A DNA stretch of 64,000 nt from positions 23,994,001 to 24,058,000 of the forward strand of contig NC_043007.1 in NCBI RefSeq assembly GCF_006345805.1, read 5' to 3'. This DNA is from Octopus sinensis (taxonomy: Eukaryota). The position numbers and the translations under genes were made by a program. A model generated the notes under the pieces. That model was not told where the DNA came from and did not search any database. It saw nothing but the letters and a program-made list of their open reading frames with translations. Numbering within the stretch: the stretch's first letter is position 1; each line of letters opens with the position of its first letter. Positions 1-14,133 of the stretch are shown here, piece after piece.

Positions 1-430
1 GATCTGGTCAATGGTCCTCAGCAGGTTGTCCTGTAGAAACCTCCAGTTGTCTTCCACATCGTGTGAAGCTATATCCCCTTCTATCTTGTCAAACGCTTTG
101 AGTAATACGTCTCTAAATCTCTGTCCATTCGCAGGACCTTAAGCTTCCAGACCCTTCTCCTCCATGCTGGTCGTCTTCTGGGCATCCATTTAGCCCTGAT
201 CCTGAAGTCGCTAACTACCAGTCTATGTTGAGGAGTATGTTCTTCGCTTGGGAAGGTTTTGGCATTTATAAGCAGCCATCTTTCCCTTTTTCTGGTGAGG
301 ATGTAGTCAATTTGGCTAGTGTGTCTGCCAGAACGGTAGGTGACTAGGTAACTGGAAGGGGTCCTGAAGTTAGTGTTGCAAAACATAAGATCATTTACAT
401 TGCAGAACTCCAGCAGCCTGGTTCCCTCCT
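1..430 (-). mobile_element. RTE-clade LINE fragment, AP endonuclease C-terminal part
   Basis: ORF 81-386 contains CNTNF...TYRSG..SQIDYIL...QHRLVVSD, typical of the RTE APE domain. Confidence 0.85.
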
Positions 431-790
431 CATTGCAGTGATAATCGGAAGAGAGAGAGTGTGAGACAGACAGACAGAGTGAGGCAGAGAGAGAGAGAGA
501 CAGACAGACAAAGAGAGAGTGAGGCAGAGAGGGTGGGGTATCAGAGTTAGGGTAGTCAGAACACGAGGGAGCAAAATATTCTTTTGGGATTGGGATTTGG
601 GTAGTATAACTTAACGAAACAGCAAATGTCGATAATAATAAAATAGAATTGAAAAATCTTAGAGTTTTTGGTCAGCCAATCTATGACAAAATTAGAGAAA
701 TCGACTAAAGGCAGTGCTCCAGCATGGCCGCAGTCAAATGACTGAAACAAGTAAAAGATATATATATATATGTATATATATATATAACGT

Positions 791-1290
791 ATGTATGTTT
801 ATAGGTTTCTTTTTCTCTCTTGCTCATCCCTCCCTATTTCTTCAATCTTTCTGCCCTTTACCTCTCTCCTCTCCTTCCACGTGACTGGTGTTCCGCCAAG
901 CCTGACCTTTCTGTCTGGTTTGACTTCCATCCGTTCAGCATCTCTTATGTTCCTGCTGTTAGGCTTCACTCCACATATGCCAGCTTAATTTAATTTGTCC
1001 TTTGTCGAAAGACAACTGTTGTTAACGTCCTGTTGTTTGTATTTGTAATTGTGTACCATTTCTCCATTTTTCTCATCCTTGTTTTCGTATACATTTGCTT
1101 GCTTTCTTCCAAAGAATCTAGTGCTCTTAGCTTAGATTTTCTTGGGGCTTGCCAGATTGGAGCAGTCTCAAGTGTAACCGGCCGAAACTGCAGGAACGAT
1201 CTGGAACTCGACTGATGATAGAAAGCTCTGAATGACCCTTTCTTGTTTTTTCCTGTCCTTTGTATCATCTAACTGCCTGAATGTTTTGTT
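791..1290 (+). mobile_element. Unclassified interspersed repeat (family E) inserted in (TA)n; possibly Penelope pLTR-derived
   Basis: Homologous copies at 29182-29580 (-) and 55520-55625 (+), each next to a TA run. Confidence 0.6.
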
Positions 1291-1497
1291 GTTGCATGTG
1301 TGTGTATATGTTTGTCCCCCCAACATCGCTTGACAACTGATGCTGGTGTGTTTATGTCCCCGTCACTTAGCGGTTCAGCAAAAGAGACCGATAGAATAAG
1401 TACTAGGCTTACAAAGAATAAATTCTGGGGTCGATTTCCTTGACTAGAGGCAGTGCTCCAGCATGGCTGCAGTCAAATGACTGAAACAAGTAAAAGA

Positions 1498-1539
<42 letters not shown>

Positions 1540-1574
1540 AAAACATAAAATGGGACAGGAACATAACAGGTGAT

Positions 1575-1611
<37 letters not shown>

Positions 1612-3201
1612 ATATAGGTATGTGTGTATATGTATGTATGTATGTGTGTGTATATATATGTATGTATGTATGTAGGTATATGTATGTATGTAGGTATATA
1701 TATGTATGTAAGTATATATATATATATATGTATGTATATAGGTATATATGTATATACACATATACCTATATACATACATATACCTATATATATATACATT
1801 ATATATATATATATATAGATATATATAAAGATTAATGGTCATGACTGGAATGTCTTGATGATAGGTTTGCTCAATGAAGTCTAATGTTAATTGACCACTA
1901 AAACAACTATATTATTATGAGCAGGTGAATTTACGTGCTTAAGCATCCAATTGTTTAAGATAGAACTAGTGCACTTGAGGTAGTAAGGAAGAAAACTTTA
2001 ATTAACCAAGATTCTCTTCTCCTTACACCAGGGAAGAGTTCTGATTAATTAAAGTTTTCTCATTTGCTACACAGCGTGTTAATCCTAACTTTATAATTAT
2101 GGAGGGTTGCAATTGCTGAACTCTGGCAGATTTGGTTTTTTTAACTTTCTTAATTTGTGTTCCTTTGAACTAAGTAGCCAAATGATAGTAGCTTGAACAA
2201 CTGTCTGTGATCCTGCTTAATTGTTATTCTACTTTTATGGCTTAGAAGAGCAGAGGAAGGTCACCACGCATGGCCTTTTAATAAAACCTCTGAAGCTAGT
2301 GCGAGAAAAAGAGGAAGGTCTTGATATTCTCAAAACAAAGCCTTGGTTTGAATGTTTGACTGAGTGAGCTATGTTAAAAGTACTAAAGAAACCAGATGAC
2401 AAGTTGATTCTGCTATCCAATAACAAGTACAGTCTATTTCACAGGTTTCCACACAGTTTCTGTTGACCCGGTTTCAGTCACAAGTATCGGATCAACTCAA
2501 GGCTATAATCAAAGATATTTGTCCAAAGAGCTGTGCTGTGTGATCATAGAACCACTTGATTGTGAAGTGAGCTTTTTAACTACATGACTATACATGTGCC
2601 CCGATGATTCATAATTCCCTGGCTTTGAATCAAATCCCAATCTTGGCGTGGTGGTGTGTTTACAACCATATTGTCCTATGAGGTGAATTTCTTCTCTTGA
2701 GACAACTTGTGCAGTGTGTTGTCTTTTCATGTCTGAATGTACACCAACATGTTAAATATGAATGTACGTAACTCTATTTCATTAAACACTGCTTAGTGTA
2801 CTTCTAGTTAATATGTGTGTGTGTATTATTCATTAAACGATAAACGTCACCCATTTCAAGCCTAGACAGGCTCATAGGCCCGGTTTCCTAGTTTCTGTAG
2901 TGTATGTGTTCCCCCATTTAACTCTATTACATTTAAAATAATTTCCCATGATAAATATTGTATTTGTGAGTGGCTGTGTGGTAAGTAGCTTGCTTACCAC
3001 CACATGGTTCTGGGTTCAGTCTCACTGTGTGGCACCTTGGGCAAGTGTCTTCTGCTATAGTCTTGGGCTGACCAAAGCCTTGTGAGTGGATTTGGTAGAC
3101 AGAAACTGAAAGAAGCCCTTCACCCACCCACACTCATAGTTCCTCTGTCCCCACTTGCTTCTACTCCCTTTGAGGAGCCATCTGGACATCTCATTACCAT
3201 T

Positions 3202-3247
<46 letters not shown>

Positions 3248-5987
3248 TTGTGCTTCCTACTGAGCAGTTTTAACTTCTAAACATTAGTAGACCATGTAAC
3301 TCCTCTACAAGAACCTGCTCATCCTCCTCTCCCCTCATCTCCAAGCATAAAGCTGCCCTCACCCTCACCCCCCATCACCTTAGGTGTTGTAGTCTTGTGA
3401 GCTGCACAGTAATTTCACTAATGCCAGTGGCATGAAAAAGGCACCCGGCAAGTGCTGTAAAATGATTGGTACCATGAAGGGCATCCAGCCATAGAAACTG
3501 TGCCAGGTAGACACTAGAGCATGATGCAGTCCTTGAGCCCATTGGATCCTGTCAAACCATGCAGCCCGTGCCAGATGATATGTCAATTAGAATTCCAACA
3601 ACCAATTGATCTAGCTTAATCCAAGTCATTAGCTTATTTGAGTCATTTCCTTCTACTCAATTTTGTTCATCATCATCATCATTTAACGTCCGCTTTCCAT
3701 GCTAGCATGGGTTGGACGGTTCGACCAGGATCTGGGAAGCCAGAAGGCTGCACCAGGCTCCAGTCTGATCTGGCAGTGTTTCTACAGCTGGATGCCCTTC
3801 CTAACGCCAACCACTCCGTGAGTGTAGTCAGTGCTTTTTATGTGCCACCGGCACAAGTGCCAGGCGAGGCTGGCAACGGCCACAATAGGTTGGTGCTTTT
3901 TTACTGACCAAAAATCATTGCAACTTCTCAGCTTTGAGCTGTGCTGCACTGATAAGGTTCAGTAAGATTAAAACATGTCTGTTGTTGTCACCATCCCTGC
4001 TAACAAAAATCAGATTTTCCCCTTCAGTAGGAGAGTTTTTCTTAAATTAATTATTAATTTCTTAAAAATAAATCTCTTTTTCATTGTAATCTGCTAGTTA
4101 TATTATTCTTTTCTCTGAGAGAGAAATTTCAATTCATTAAGAATTTTTTGCTTAGGTCATCCAGTACACTGACACCTGCTTGTTTCATCTTAATTCATAC
4201 CACCCATTAGCTTATTTGAGTTATTCCTCTTGTTCAGTTTTTTTATATTTTTTATGTAATTATGTGTGTGTGTGTGTGTGTGTTGTTTGATTTTTATGCA
4301 AATGTAAAGTATTCTTAATGTTGTTTGATCTTGGACTGTATTACCTCTGTTCCAACAGGCATATGATCAAAAAATATTCCAGTTATGACCATCCTATCTT
4401 TTTTCAATGACTACCTTATGTAATGTGTTTTTTTTAGACAGTAAATGGCCTGATGAAGGGAACTTCTATACAAATCTCTCTCCATCAAATTCCACCATCT
4501 TAAAAAAAAAATAAAAGAATATACAAAATAAGCATCACAACACCATCTACTTTATGTAGTAACAAATGATTTCCTACAATTAACTGGGTGTTTTTTCTTC
4601 TTTTTTCACAAATTATTATTACATCAGAAAGGAAATTTTCACAGTTAGTAAGATTTGAACTGGCACATTTTCGTATGATTAAAGCTCAGTATCTTACTTT
4701 TTACTAAAAAAAAATAAATAAATAAATGTTTTAGTGCAGGGAATATTTATTGAACTTGTTTCAACTAGACTCTTCATAACAGATTCTTATGTATATTAAT
4801 TTCTCATTTGAAGTATCTTGCATAGTATGTGATGTGTATTGGAGCTTATTGAAGCTTTCAACTCAGAGTGTCATGAGCACAAAATACTTTCATCATTTAT
4901 TAAATATTTTTGTATTTGTAAATAAATTTATAAAATGCATCTGTGAATAAGAACAATACTACCCTTAAGTTTAGAAATAAAGGTTCCAGTACATCCTGGT
5001 TTAAGACATCTGATGACCAAACAAATTGAAACTTGGTGCAGATATAAATATTAACTTTTTTCATTTCTGCATAAGAGGTTAATTAAAAGTCTGAAAAATT
5101 ATAATTGCATTAAAAATAAGTCATCTCAGATATTTAGATACCACAACAATTATATTTAGCTTTATTTTTAATTTTCATTTAAAATGTTCATATGCTGTCC
5201 CTAGACCATTAACAAGTGTCTTTGTCAGAAGCACAGTGCAGCATCATTGATGAGATGCAAGCTGTTGACACTGTGTACAGTAGTCCAATAATCTAACAAT
5301 TAATTTGACTGATGTACTTTTTTTACATTCTAATCTACAGACTAATAGGTTTTTTTTCCTCTTTAGATCTTGTTTCTAACATTTTAACAAGGAGGTCTTT
5401 CTCAGAATTAGAACTTTTTTGATTTGCTTTCTTTTTTTCCCCTCCAATCTATCAGTTATGCTTTATGTCAACTCTTTTATGACTCTTTATGTCAACCTTC
5501 TATTTTAGTCTTATATCAATTTATATATCTTAATTTTCTTTCAGTTACTCTGTCTCTGCACATATGGTTGTATATGTTTTTCCCTTATTAAATTTTTATA
5601 CTGTAAATATTTATTCATCAAAGAGATTTTTTCAAATTATTTTTGAAGACAGTTTTTGTCTAGAAAAAATGTGTGAACGTGAGTCAAGGATGTGTCTGTG
5701 TATTTCTAGAGTAATTGATACTAAAGTATTCTGTTTAAGTTTTTGGTTATTTTATAACAAAAGTAGTATGTCAGTTTGTATTAATGTTTATTTCAATTCT
5801 TCTTTCATATTTCTTGTGTGTATGTGTGTGTAAATTTATTCTGTAATGTGTATAATAGAATTCTAAATTCTATTTTAGATTAACAATTCTCATAGTAGTA
5901 ATCAAATTAAGAGCTTGTAGTTTATTTCTCTGCCTATATTGTAATCATGAGAATTAATATTACCAAACCCGTATTATTGTGTTTTAG

Positions 5988-6101
5988 CCTTCTGTCGTGC
6001 AATGCAAGAGAATTATAAGATTTAACAAAAGGAGTTCCTCTCTTTCCTCCACCAGTCTCAAAGGCCATCCTCCTCTAATTAAGCCATTAAAAACAAAAAT
6101 G
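5988..6101 (+). CDS. Candidate upstream exon of the IP3 3-kinase (PSVVQCKRIIRFNKRSSSLSSTSLKGHPPLIKPLKTKM)
   Basis: Acceptor tgtgttttag, donor ATG|gtatta. 114 nt, open, phase 0/0, so it joins in frame to the 9742 exon. No homology recognised. Confidence 0.55.
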
Positions 6102-6125
6102 GTATTACTAGAAGTAAAATACCTT

Positions 6126-6159
<34 letters not shown>

Positions 6160-6419
6160 TTTTTTTTCTCATGGAATTCCCTTCTTGTTGTTAGTCATTT
6201 TGCTCTAGTAATTCCCTGGGAAAAGTATGAATGTAGTAACATATAAACAGAAAATTATCTTCCTGTAATTATGAAAGGCCCAGAATAAAGTTACATCAAT
6301 TAGAATAATAAGTCAATATGCATAAAGTGAAACTAATACTTTTCTCAATGTGTAGAGAAAAGAGTTAGATACAAAACATGAACACTAGAAAAAAAAAAAA
6401 ATGGGTGTAGGTAAAGTTT

Positions 6420-7760
6420 CAGTGAGGAGAAAAGCAAAAATTGAAAGAGGGACTCCAATATATACTGAAGCAAATTTGAGAATAAAAGCCTGTCTGCTCA
6501 GCACTCGGCTTGACTATTAAGGTAAGAAGTATGTATGTTATGAACGATACTATAAAAGCTCTAGACTAAATGGGAGATACTAGCTGCAAATTATATGGCT
6601 GGCCTCCTTGAACAATGAGAACAAAATAAAGTTAGAGGTTATGTAGTTAATATGAAAAAGCAATAGACCATGTTACAGCTGGCTTTCTAGTTTTGGCAAA
6701 AATAGAATGTATTTACAAGCATGTTTAAGTGGATAAGTTGTATTCACTGGACAGTGTGCCAACACATTGAAATCAAAACTGAAAATGTCATAAATATGTG
6801 CCAAATTGCAGCTACAACAATGGAATGTGCATATAATACAAATTTATGAAGGAGTTTAGGTAAATCTCCAGATATTAATAATCAAAGACAAAGAACAACT
6901 CTCAGGATTTTTTTAAATGAAAATATCTATAAATAGATAAGAAAAAAAATTGAAATAAATTAGATGTGGGAATGAGAGTATAGCCTTAATAATAATTGGT
7001 GCTCTAGATTATATTGAAATAGAATGGGACCAAAACAGAATTACCATTCCAAGGCTCTTGGCATTAACCATAGTTTCCAAAATAGTGCTGATATGCACAA
7101 AGGCAATAGGAAAGTGACTCTATGCATTGATTTCTGACATAGGCCCATTTGTGGGAGAGTGTAATTGATTACATTGATCCCAAGTATTTGACTGATACTT
7201 TGTGGGTGAAAGCAAAGTAGACTCTGGTGGTGGGATTTAAACAACTCAGTAAAGAGAGCAGCTGGAAGTAAGAGTTTTGCAAAATATCTAGCAAAATAGG
7301 TCAATACACTAGTCACTTGCATACTCAACTATGTAGAATAAGGAAGGTGCTATACTCAATGACTGACATAACAGTATCAACATTAGCTGCTTTTAGGGCA
7401 AGAAAGATGCTCGAGAGAGAGAGAGAATTACAGAGGTATTAATTAAATTGATGACCAAGATTTGAAAGTTACTGAAAGCTTTATAGCACATCTGATTAGG
7501 AACAGAATTAATCCAGACAAGATGCAATTCAGATTTATGCCAAGACAGAGTATCACTGATATCTTCTTTCAAGTGAGACAACTACAAAAATTCTAAGAAA
7601 CTAGGAATTGATGATTAGATTGTGAGAGTTGTCTAAGCTGTGTACAGAGGTAGTGTTACAGAATTAAGCAAGGAATCTAATTGTTGCAGGCCAGTGTATA
7701 TTAGGTGTCATTCCTCAGCCCACCTCTGTCTATTTTAATCCTCTTGGCCACAACAAATAA
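6420..7760 (+). mobile_element. Heavily decayed RTE LINE (endonuclease to RT)
   Basis: Broken frames near 7420-7600 read NYRGI..., LIRNRINPDKMQFRFMP, TDIFFQVRQLQ, LGID..IVRVV. Confidence 0.7.
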
Positions 7761-9741
7761 TTTTAAGACTGGTTGTCTGTTGGAACTCCTATATGTCAAT
7801 GACCTAGTTCTCATAGTTTAATCAATCAAAGATTTATTAAAGAAGAATTCCAAAACCTGAATGCACAAGAAGTGTAGTGAGATCACAGACTGGCTGATTG
7901 AGAAGGCATACTTCATATATGGCACTAGGGTAGCTAGCAACAATAGAACATGTGAAATAAATTCTTTCAAATGCATGAAAGGCTTCTTTGAAGTAAACAA
8001 TAGCTTTTCTTACCTAGCTAACTTTATTAGTAGTGGAGAGGTTGTTCCAAAAGTATAGTTGCTAGTATAAGTTCAGGGAGTTTTTATCACTATTGGTGAC
8101 AAAAGATTTCCCTCTCAAAATTTACAATGCTTGTGTACAAAGTGTAATGCTGGATAGTAGTAAAATGTGGGCCTTGAATACACAAGATTTGCAAAGGTTG
8201 AAAGGAAATGATATGAACATGTGTAGCACGATGTGTAATATTTGTGTTCATGAATGGCAAAACACACAATGAGCCAAGAAAAAAAAACAAAAAAACAAAA
8301 ACTGAATATAAGAGTAACCAGATGTGGTATGCAAGAAAGAAGACTATACATGTATGAGTTAATGTAAAGATGCATTGAACACTCCATTGGATGAATCTAT
8401 GGGAGAGGGAGACGAAGAAAAAAGAATAGAAAAACATAATGAAGACTGATCTCAAGGGGTTGAACTTTTATGAAAAGAGATGACAAAGGACCTCAGCCTG
8501 TGGTGAAATACTCTGTGCTACATAGGACCCACCTTACCTCAGTAAGTGTGGGAAATTAGATAAAAATGACGGTAGATGGTGCTTGTGATGGAGCTTGGAA
8601 TATATAATATCTACATTTAATGTTTACCAACCATTATGGTCATATTAAGTCTCCATATATTTCTCTCCTCCTCTCTTCCTTTTGGAGGGTCTCTTCTTAT
8701 TTTCTCTATTCTCTCATCTATCACTTATCCCCTTTTTCTGTCAATGTACATCTCTACAGCAACTATCTCTCAGCCATCATGTTGGCTATTTAACAATGGC
8801 TGGCATTGAATTGGATCTGCCTATATTCAATCTTAGCTTCTGTATTACATGCCATCACTCTCCTTCCTATTACTCCCCCACCCTGTATTATTCATTGTTG
8901 ACATCTGTCTCTTCCATTCAGTTACTATCACCCATATTTATTGTTATCTATCTCCCCATCTCTCATATTGACTCCTTCCTCTACCACATATTGTTGATAT
9001 TCATCACTTTCTCTCCCCCTTCATTCTCTCTCACTTTCCATTGTCCATTAATTATCATGATACTATCTATCATCCTCTCTCTCTTTCTCTCTCTCTCTGT
9101 TTCTACCTATCTATCCATCCATTCATCTACCTACCTACCTACCTACCAACCATGTGATAAACCCTTGGTTCTAGTGTGCAAGCAATCAGAAACAACACAG
9201 GTTAGAGATGACTTCTTAGTTTTGCTAGGGAAAAGAAACTCTTTTTTAGTGCCAATGTCATGATAAAATGCCCCTAGTACACTCTGTAAAATGGTTGCCC
9301 ATAGGAAGAGCATCCAGCCATACACTCCATGCCAAAAAATGAAAAGTTGGAGGGCAGTAACTCTGAATAAGAACTGACCCTATTTATGACTACTAATCCA
9401 ACCCATGACAACATGGAAAAGCAGACATAAAATGATGATAACAATGATACAGCAGCAGCAGTAATGATAAGCTTGCACTCAATTTCTGTCTATCAAGTTT
9501 CATTCAAAAATCCAGTCAACCCACAGCTGTAGTTGAAGACACAAGATACCCTACTGTGGGATTGAACCAGGAACCATATGATTGTGAAGAAAAATTATTC
9601 ACCACATAGCTATGTCAGTGCCTATAACTTTAATAAAATCAATAAAGTGACTCTTATTAAGGAGATGTATTTTTAGACTTTTGTTTAAGATGATCAATTT
9701 GTTAGACTTGAACTTATGTTACTAATTCTATCTCTTTACAG

Positions 9742-9841
9742 TATCATTGGAAGAAAATCAGAAGTGCAGTTACTTGGAGCCCTTTCTTGCAACAACTGAA
9801 GAAAAGGAAATATCCATGGGTCCAATTGGCAGGTCATCAAG
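9742..9841 (+). CDS. ITPKA/B/C-like (IP3K): IP3 3-kinase exon: calmodulin-binding helix and start of catalytic domain ([34 protein letters not shown])
   Basis: Acceptor tctctttacag, donor G|gtaata. Matches the WxKIxxxVxWSPF...KYPWxQLAGHxG motif of ITPK family kinases. Confidence 0.95.
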
Positions 9842-10245
9842 GTAATAATCTTCATTAATTTTGGCAAGTTGCATTCAAATAGGCTACATTTCTTTGATAG
9901 TTATGATACCTAAGACTTACAAAATCAAGGATTAACCTGGTTTCTGTAGCTTATAAGCAACTGAGATTACAACACTCTCTCTCTTGAATGGAACACTGGT
10001 CCATTGCAAAGTTAACTTCCCAGCTGCTAATACTGCAACCTATTTGCAGTTGAATAAACTGAAGCAATGTGAAAAGAAAGGTTTTGCTCAAGAATACAAT
10101 GCATTGCCTGGGCCAAGAATCGAAATCACAATCTTATGATCACGAGTCCAACACACTAAACATTAAGGCTATGTACTTACACTTGATAGTAAAGCAGACA
10201 CTGATATGCTTAATGTAATTAGTCAAGAAAAAAACCCCCATAATA

Positions 10246-10386
10246 TTAGGTTGTCCCAAAAGTTCGTAAACACTTGCGAAAATTGAATTTTTACTCGCCA
10301 AGTACTAACAAAAACAACAAAAATTATTCCTCAAAATAAAGACCATTATTTTCCAAGACTTTCTACGAACTTTTGGGACAACCTTA
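10246..10386. mobile_element. Mariner-derived MITE (~141 bp)
   Basis: TIRs ttaggttgtcccaaaagttcgta / tacgaacttttgggacaacctta with TA on both sides. Interior resembles the transposase 3' end of the 14398 element. Confidence 0.85.
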
Positions 10387-11384
10387 TAATTAGCTTAATG
10401 ATTATTTCTAATCAAGAAAGACGAGAGAAACAACTCTGGAATTAAAATTAATTAGAAATGGAATGCAGTGGATCTTGCTTGCACACTACCATCTCACCTT
10501 TTCCTGAGGTACCCTTATTTAAATGTAGAATAACCGTCTATTGTCTCTATAACAAGATACCCCTACCTTTGCTTGTCCCTGGCACAAAATCACTCTCCAC
10601 CCTCTTAAATATTGCCTTCATTTGGTCAAGAGGGCTGGTCTCCCTTTCTTCCTTTGTTTTTTTTTATTTTATTTTTTTTTGTTTCCAGTCATGCAAGTTA
10701 CTTGGAAACTCCACTAGTTCCAGTGGCATATAAAAAGTACTCAGGACACACTGTAAATTGGTTGGTGTTAGGAAAGACATCCAGCCATAGAAACTGTGCC
10801 AAAGCTGATGAGGAACATGATCTAGTCAAGCCATCAAACCCATGCCAATATGGGAAATGGACATTAAATGATGGTGGTTGACATTGATTTTTGGCTGTAT
10901 ACTGACAATGTCAAACACGTTTCGTTCTTATTAGGCCTCATCAAACTACACCAAGCCAATGAGGGAACTTCCATGTAGTCAATTGACCTGCAATTTAGTG
11001 ACCAAATTCCATGAAGTCACATTCTGTCCTTTTAACATGGGAAGAATCACATTTCACACTGTCTTCTGAAATATACAAATAGACAAGATGGCCCATCCTG
11101 GAATGTCATTGAACATCTGTTTGCTTGGTTGGAGTTGAACTAGAGTCAAACATCGATGACATGAATTACAACACTCAGCCAAATGGCATTTAACTATACT
11201 GTACTCAGTCATGCATCACTTTAACAGGATACTATATCACTTTCAGGATAAATATAACCAAATTACATGCAATTAAGACTAACTGGTAATGAAACAGTAG
11301 TTTCTTGTTAAAAACCTCTGCAAGTAGGCTGCATTGTCAAGCTTTTATAGAAACACTTTCTTCTGTGTAAATAACATCATCATC

Positions 11385-11725
11385 ATCATCGTTTAATGTC
11401 CGTTTTCCGTGCTAGCATGGGTTGGACAGTTCGACCGGGGTCTGGGAAGCCAGGGGCTGCACCAGGCTCCAGTCTGATCTGGCAGTGTTTCTACAGCTGG
11501 ATGCCCTTCCTAACGCCAACCACTCCGCGAGTGTAGTGGGTGCTTTTTATGTGCCACCTGCACAGGTGCCAGGGGAGTCTGGCATCGGCCACGATCAGTT
11601 GGTGCTTTTAACGTGCCACCGGCATGGAAGCCATCCAAGGCGGTGCTGGCATTGGCCACGTCCGGATGGTGCTTTTTACGTGCCACCGGCACTGAAGCCA
11701 GTCAAGGCGGCGCTGGCATCAGCCA
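11385..11725 (-). mobile_element. SINE family C with (GAT)n tail and internal ~60-65 bp variable repeats
   Basis: ggatgcccttcctaacgccaac motif. Other copies at 3668-3905(-), 14995-15260(-), 28018-28460(-), 28948-29130(-) and 25764-26058(+). Confidence 0.9.
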
Positions 11726-12349
11726 AAAAAAACGGAATCTCGGTGGAAGCAAAAGGTTGATTTTGTTTGTAAGAACTCCAATTTACTTCATTTAAAATAT
11801 AATCTTAGTTGAACCTTTATTGAAAGATAAACTCTTCTAATGTTATTTTCCCTTAATTCATTTTCAATTTTTGATTCAGAGACTCCAGTTGTAAATTGCA
11901 TAAAGAACAGATTAGGAAAATCCTAATCCAATTTTTCTGCTAACATTGAGTTAACTTGTTAAGATATTTTCACATGACAGTTGATATAGTTATCTTGTGT
12001 CTCTCCAAACCATATTTTCTTGTTGGCTTAGGATATTTTTCAGGAATTCTTTCACAGTGAAGTCAAAATTCTTTTCTGGATGCAAATATATAACATATTT
12101 ACTAACCCTACACACAAGTGTAATAAATGTAGTCAGTAGTTTGACTGATCAGTATCAGGGTGTATCCATGCAGCATGTAAGCAGCACCATTAATCTTAGA
12201 GGAAATGAGATTTGGGTGTTGATGCATTTTGTTAAGTCAGTTGAAACTGAGATAGTATGGAGAAAATAAAGTAATGTCATCTGATCCTTTATAACATTTA
12301 AAATATTTTGGCTTCTTGAGTGGGGTTACTAAGATGGTAGATACCAGTT

Positions 12350-12557
12350 AGCACGCTGGGCGAAATGCATAGCCGTATTTCGTCTGCCATTACGTTCTGA
12401 GTTCAAATTCCGCCGGGGTCGACTTTGCCCTGCATCCTTTCGGGGTCGATAAATTAAGTACCAGTTACGCACTGGGGTCGATGTAATCGACTTAATACCT
12501 ATGTCTGTCCTTGTTTGTCCCCTCTGTGTTTGGCCCCTTGTGGGTAATAAAGAAATA
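12350..12557 (+). mobile_element. tRNA-derived SINE family A (long tail ending ...gggtagtaaagaaata)
   Basis: B box gagttcaaattcc. 14-bp TSD ggtagat(a/g)ccagtt. Other copies at 30686-30917(+), 39161-39376(+), 49520-49755(+) and 40415-40640(-). Confidence 0.9.
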
Positions 12558-12727
12558 GGTAGATGCCAGTTTTTTTGAGGAGTGGCAGACTGCAAAAATC
12601 TAAATCCTTCTTATGTTCCTTTTAAAATAAATTAAGTAAAGTTTGTCTCTAGTCAAAGTTGGGTGAAAGGCAGTGACAGGAAAAAGAAATGTTAGAGAAA
12701 GATTTAATTTTTTTCAGGGAAAGCAAC

Positions 12728-13140
12728 ATAGGTGTAGGAGTGGCTGTGTGGTAAGTAGCTTGTTTACCAACCACCTGGTTCCGGGTTCAGTCCCACTGCG
12801 TGGCACCTTGGGCAAGTGTCTTCTACTATAGCCTTGGGCCGACCAAAGCCTTGTGAGTGTATTTGGTAGATGGAAACTGAAAGAAGCCTGTCATATATAT
12901 GTATATATATATATGTATGTGTGTGTTTATGTTTGTGTGTCTGTGTTTGCCCCCCCCCCCCAACATCGCTTGACAACTGATGCTGGTGTGTTTACATCCC
13001 TGTAACTTAGTGGTTCGGCAAAAGAGACCGATAGAATAAGTACTAGGCTTACAAAGAATAAGTCTTGGGGTCGATTTGCTCGACTAAAGGCGGTGCTCCA
13101 GCATGGCCACAGTCAAAATGACAAACAAATAAAAGAGTAA
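12728..13140 (+). mobile_element. tRNA-derived CORE-like SINE family B (octopus OR-type)
   Basis: Head ggagtggctgtgtggtaag...ggttcagtccc, CORE-like ggcaccttgggcaagtgtc, internal TA/TG microsatellite. Other copies at 45850-46310(+), 47805-48250(+), 38477-38830(-), 42242-42565(-) and 44095-44486(-); partial copies at 1300-1497, 2965-3125 and 15525-15650. Confidence 0.9.
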
Positions 13141-14133
13141 AGAGTATAGTTGTTATTGGGTAGCTCAAGTCAGTACTGCTTGCTAATGACATGGAAACAG
13201 CCAGTTGATAGAGATATGCTTGTGTTTTTATCAAGACCACTCAGTGTGTTCCCTTATACAGTGGTTGTATGAAATGTATTGTAATCATCAAAATATATTA
13301 TATGGAATATATTTTAGCATTCGAAGGATGTAGCATGAAATGTAGACTGGTTGGTAGGTTTTATTGTATTGCAATATAGCATTTGGAACATGTTGTGTAG
13401 AATATAATGTAACAGTCAGGGCATTGTGTGAGATATGATGTAGTGGTAGTCAATACATAGAATGTGCAAGTCATGACATTTGTGGAAATGCAGTATAACA
13501 GTCAGGACATGTGTGACAGTCAGGATATGTGTTAAGTAGTGTGGCAATCAGGGTGTTCCGTGGAATGCAGGGTGGCACTCCGAAAAATGTTGTTTCTGAC
13601 ATGCTTCATACTCTGTGGACATAAGATCCACATTGAATTTCAATTCACAGGAACTTACTGAGAGTGAGTCACAGCTCATCAGACCTGTAGAAGAAAAAAT
13701 TGTTAAAAATGACTGCTATCAGAAATCAATAGAAATATTTCCAGACTGAGACAGATGCAACAGTTTCTCATTTGTTATTTACTTGTAATTATCCTGACAT
13801 TCACCCAGTAGTGAGGGAGAGATGAGTTCAGACAGTGGTGTAGTAGTAGTAGTAGTAGTGTATTTGAAAGCTTGGAATTAGCTGTAAAATCAGGTTTTTG
13901 ATGTCTCGAGTGCTATTTGATCATAGTTTCCACTCAAAAGAAAACTTTTTTTTTTATTTCCCTTGACCAATCTTATGACAGCATATAATTCAGTTTGTTT
14001 TTTCTTTCTTTTATGTTTTATTTAAAAAATTTTTTTTGTATTAATGATGGTAAAATTGTGAATGATTGTTTAATTGGTTGTAGTTTGTTAGTAGTACGTA
14101 AGTAAACCTGCTGTCCTGCTTGGTTTTTCTCAG

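Noticed and set aside
2246-2426. Exon-like purine-rich segment with ATG at 2371 (MLKVLKKPDDKLILLSNN)
   Set aside because: The available donors are phase 2, incompatible with the phase 0 downstream exons. It could be UTR, but nothing supports that.
5005-5040. CTGATGA...GAAAC hammerhead-like words (also 1211, 4450, 46984)
   Set aside because: No proper stem II, stem I or valid NUH site.
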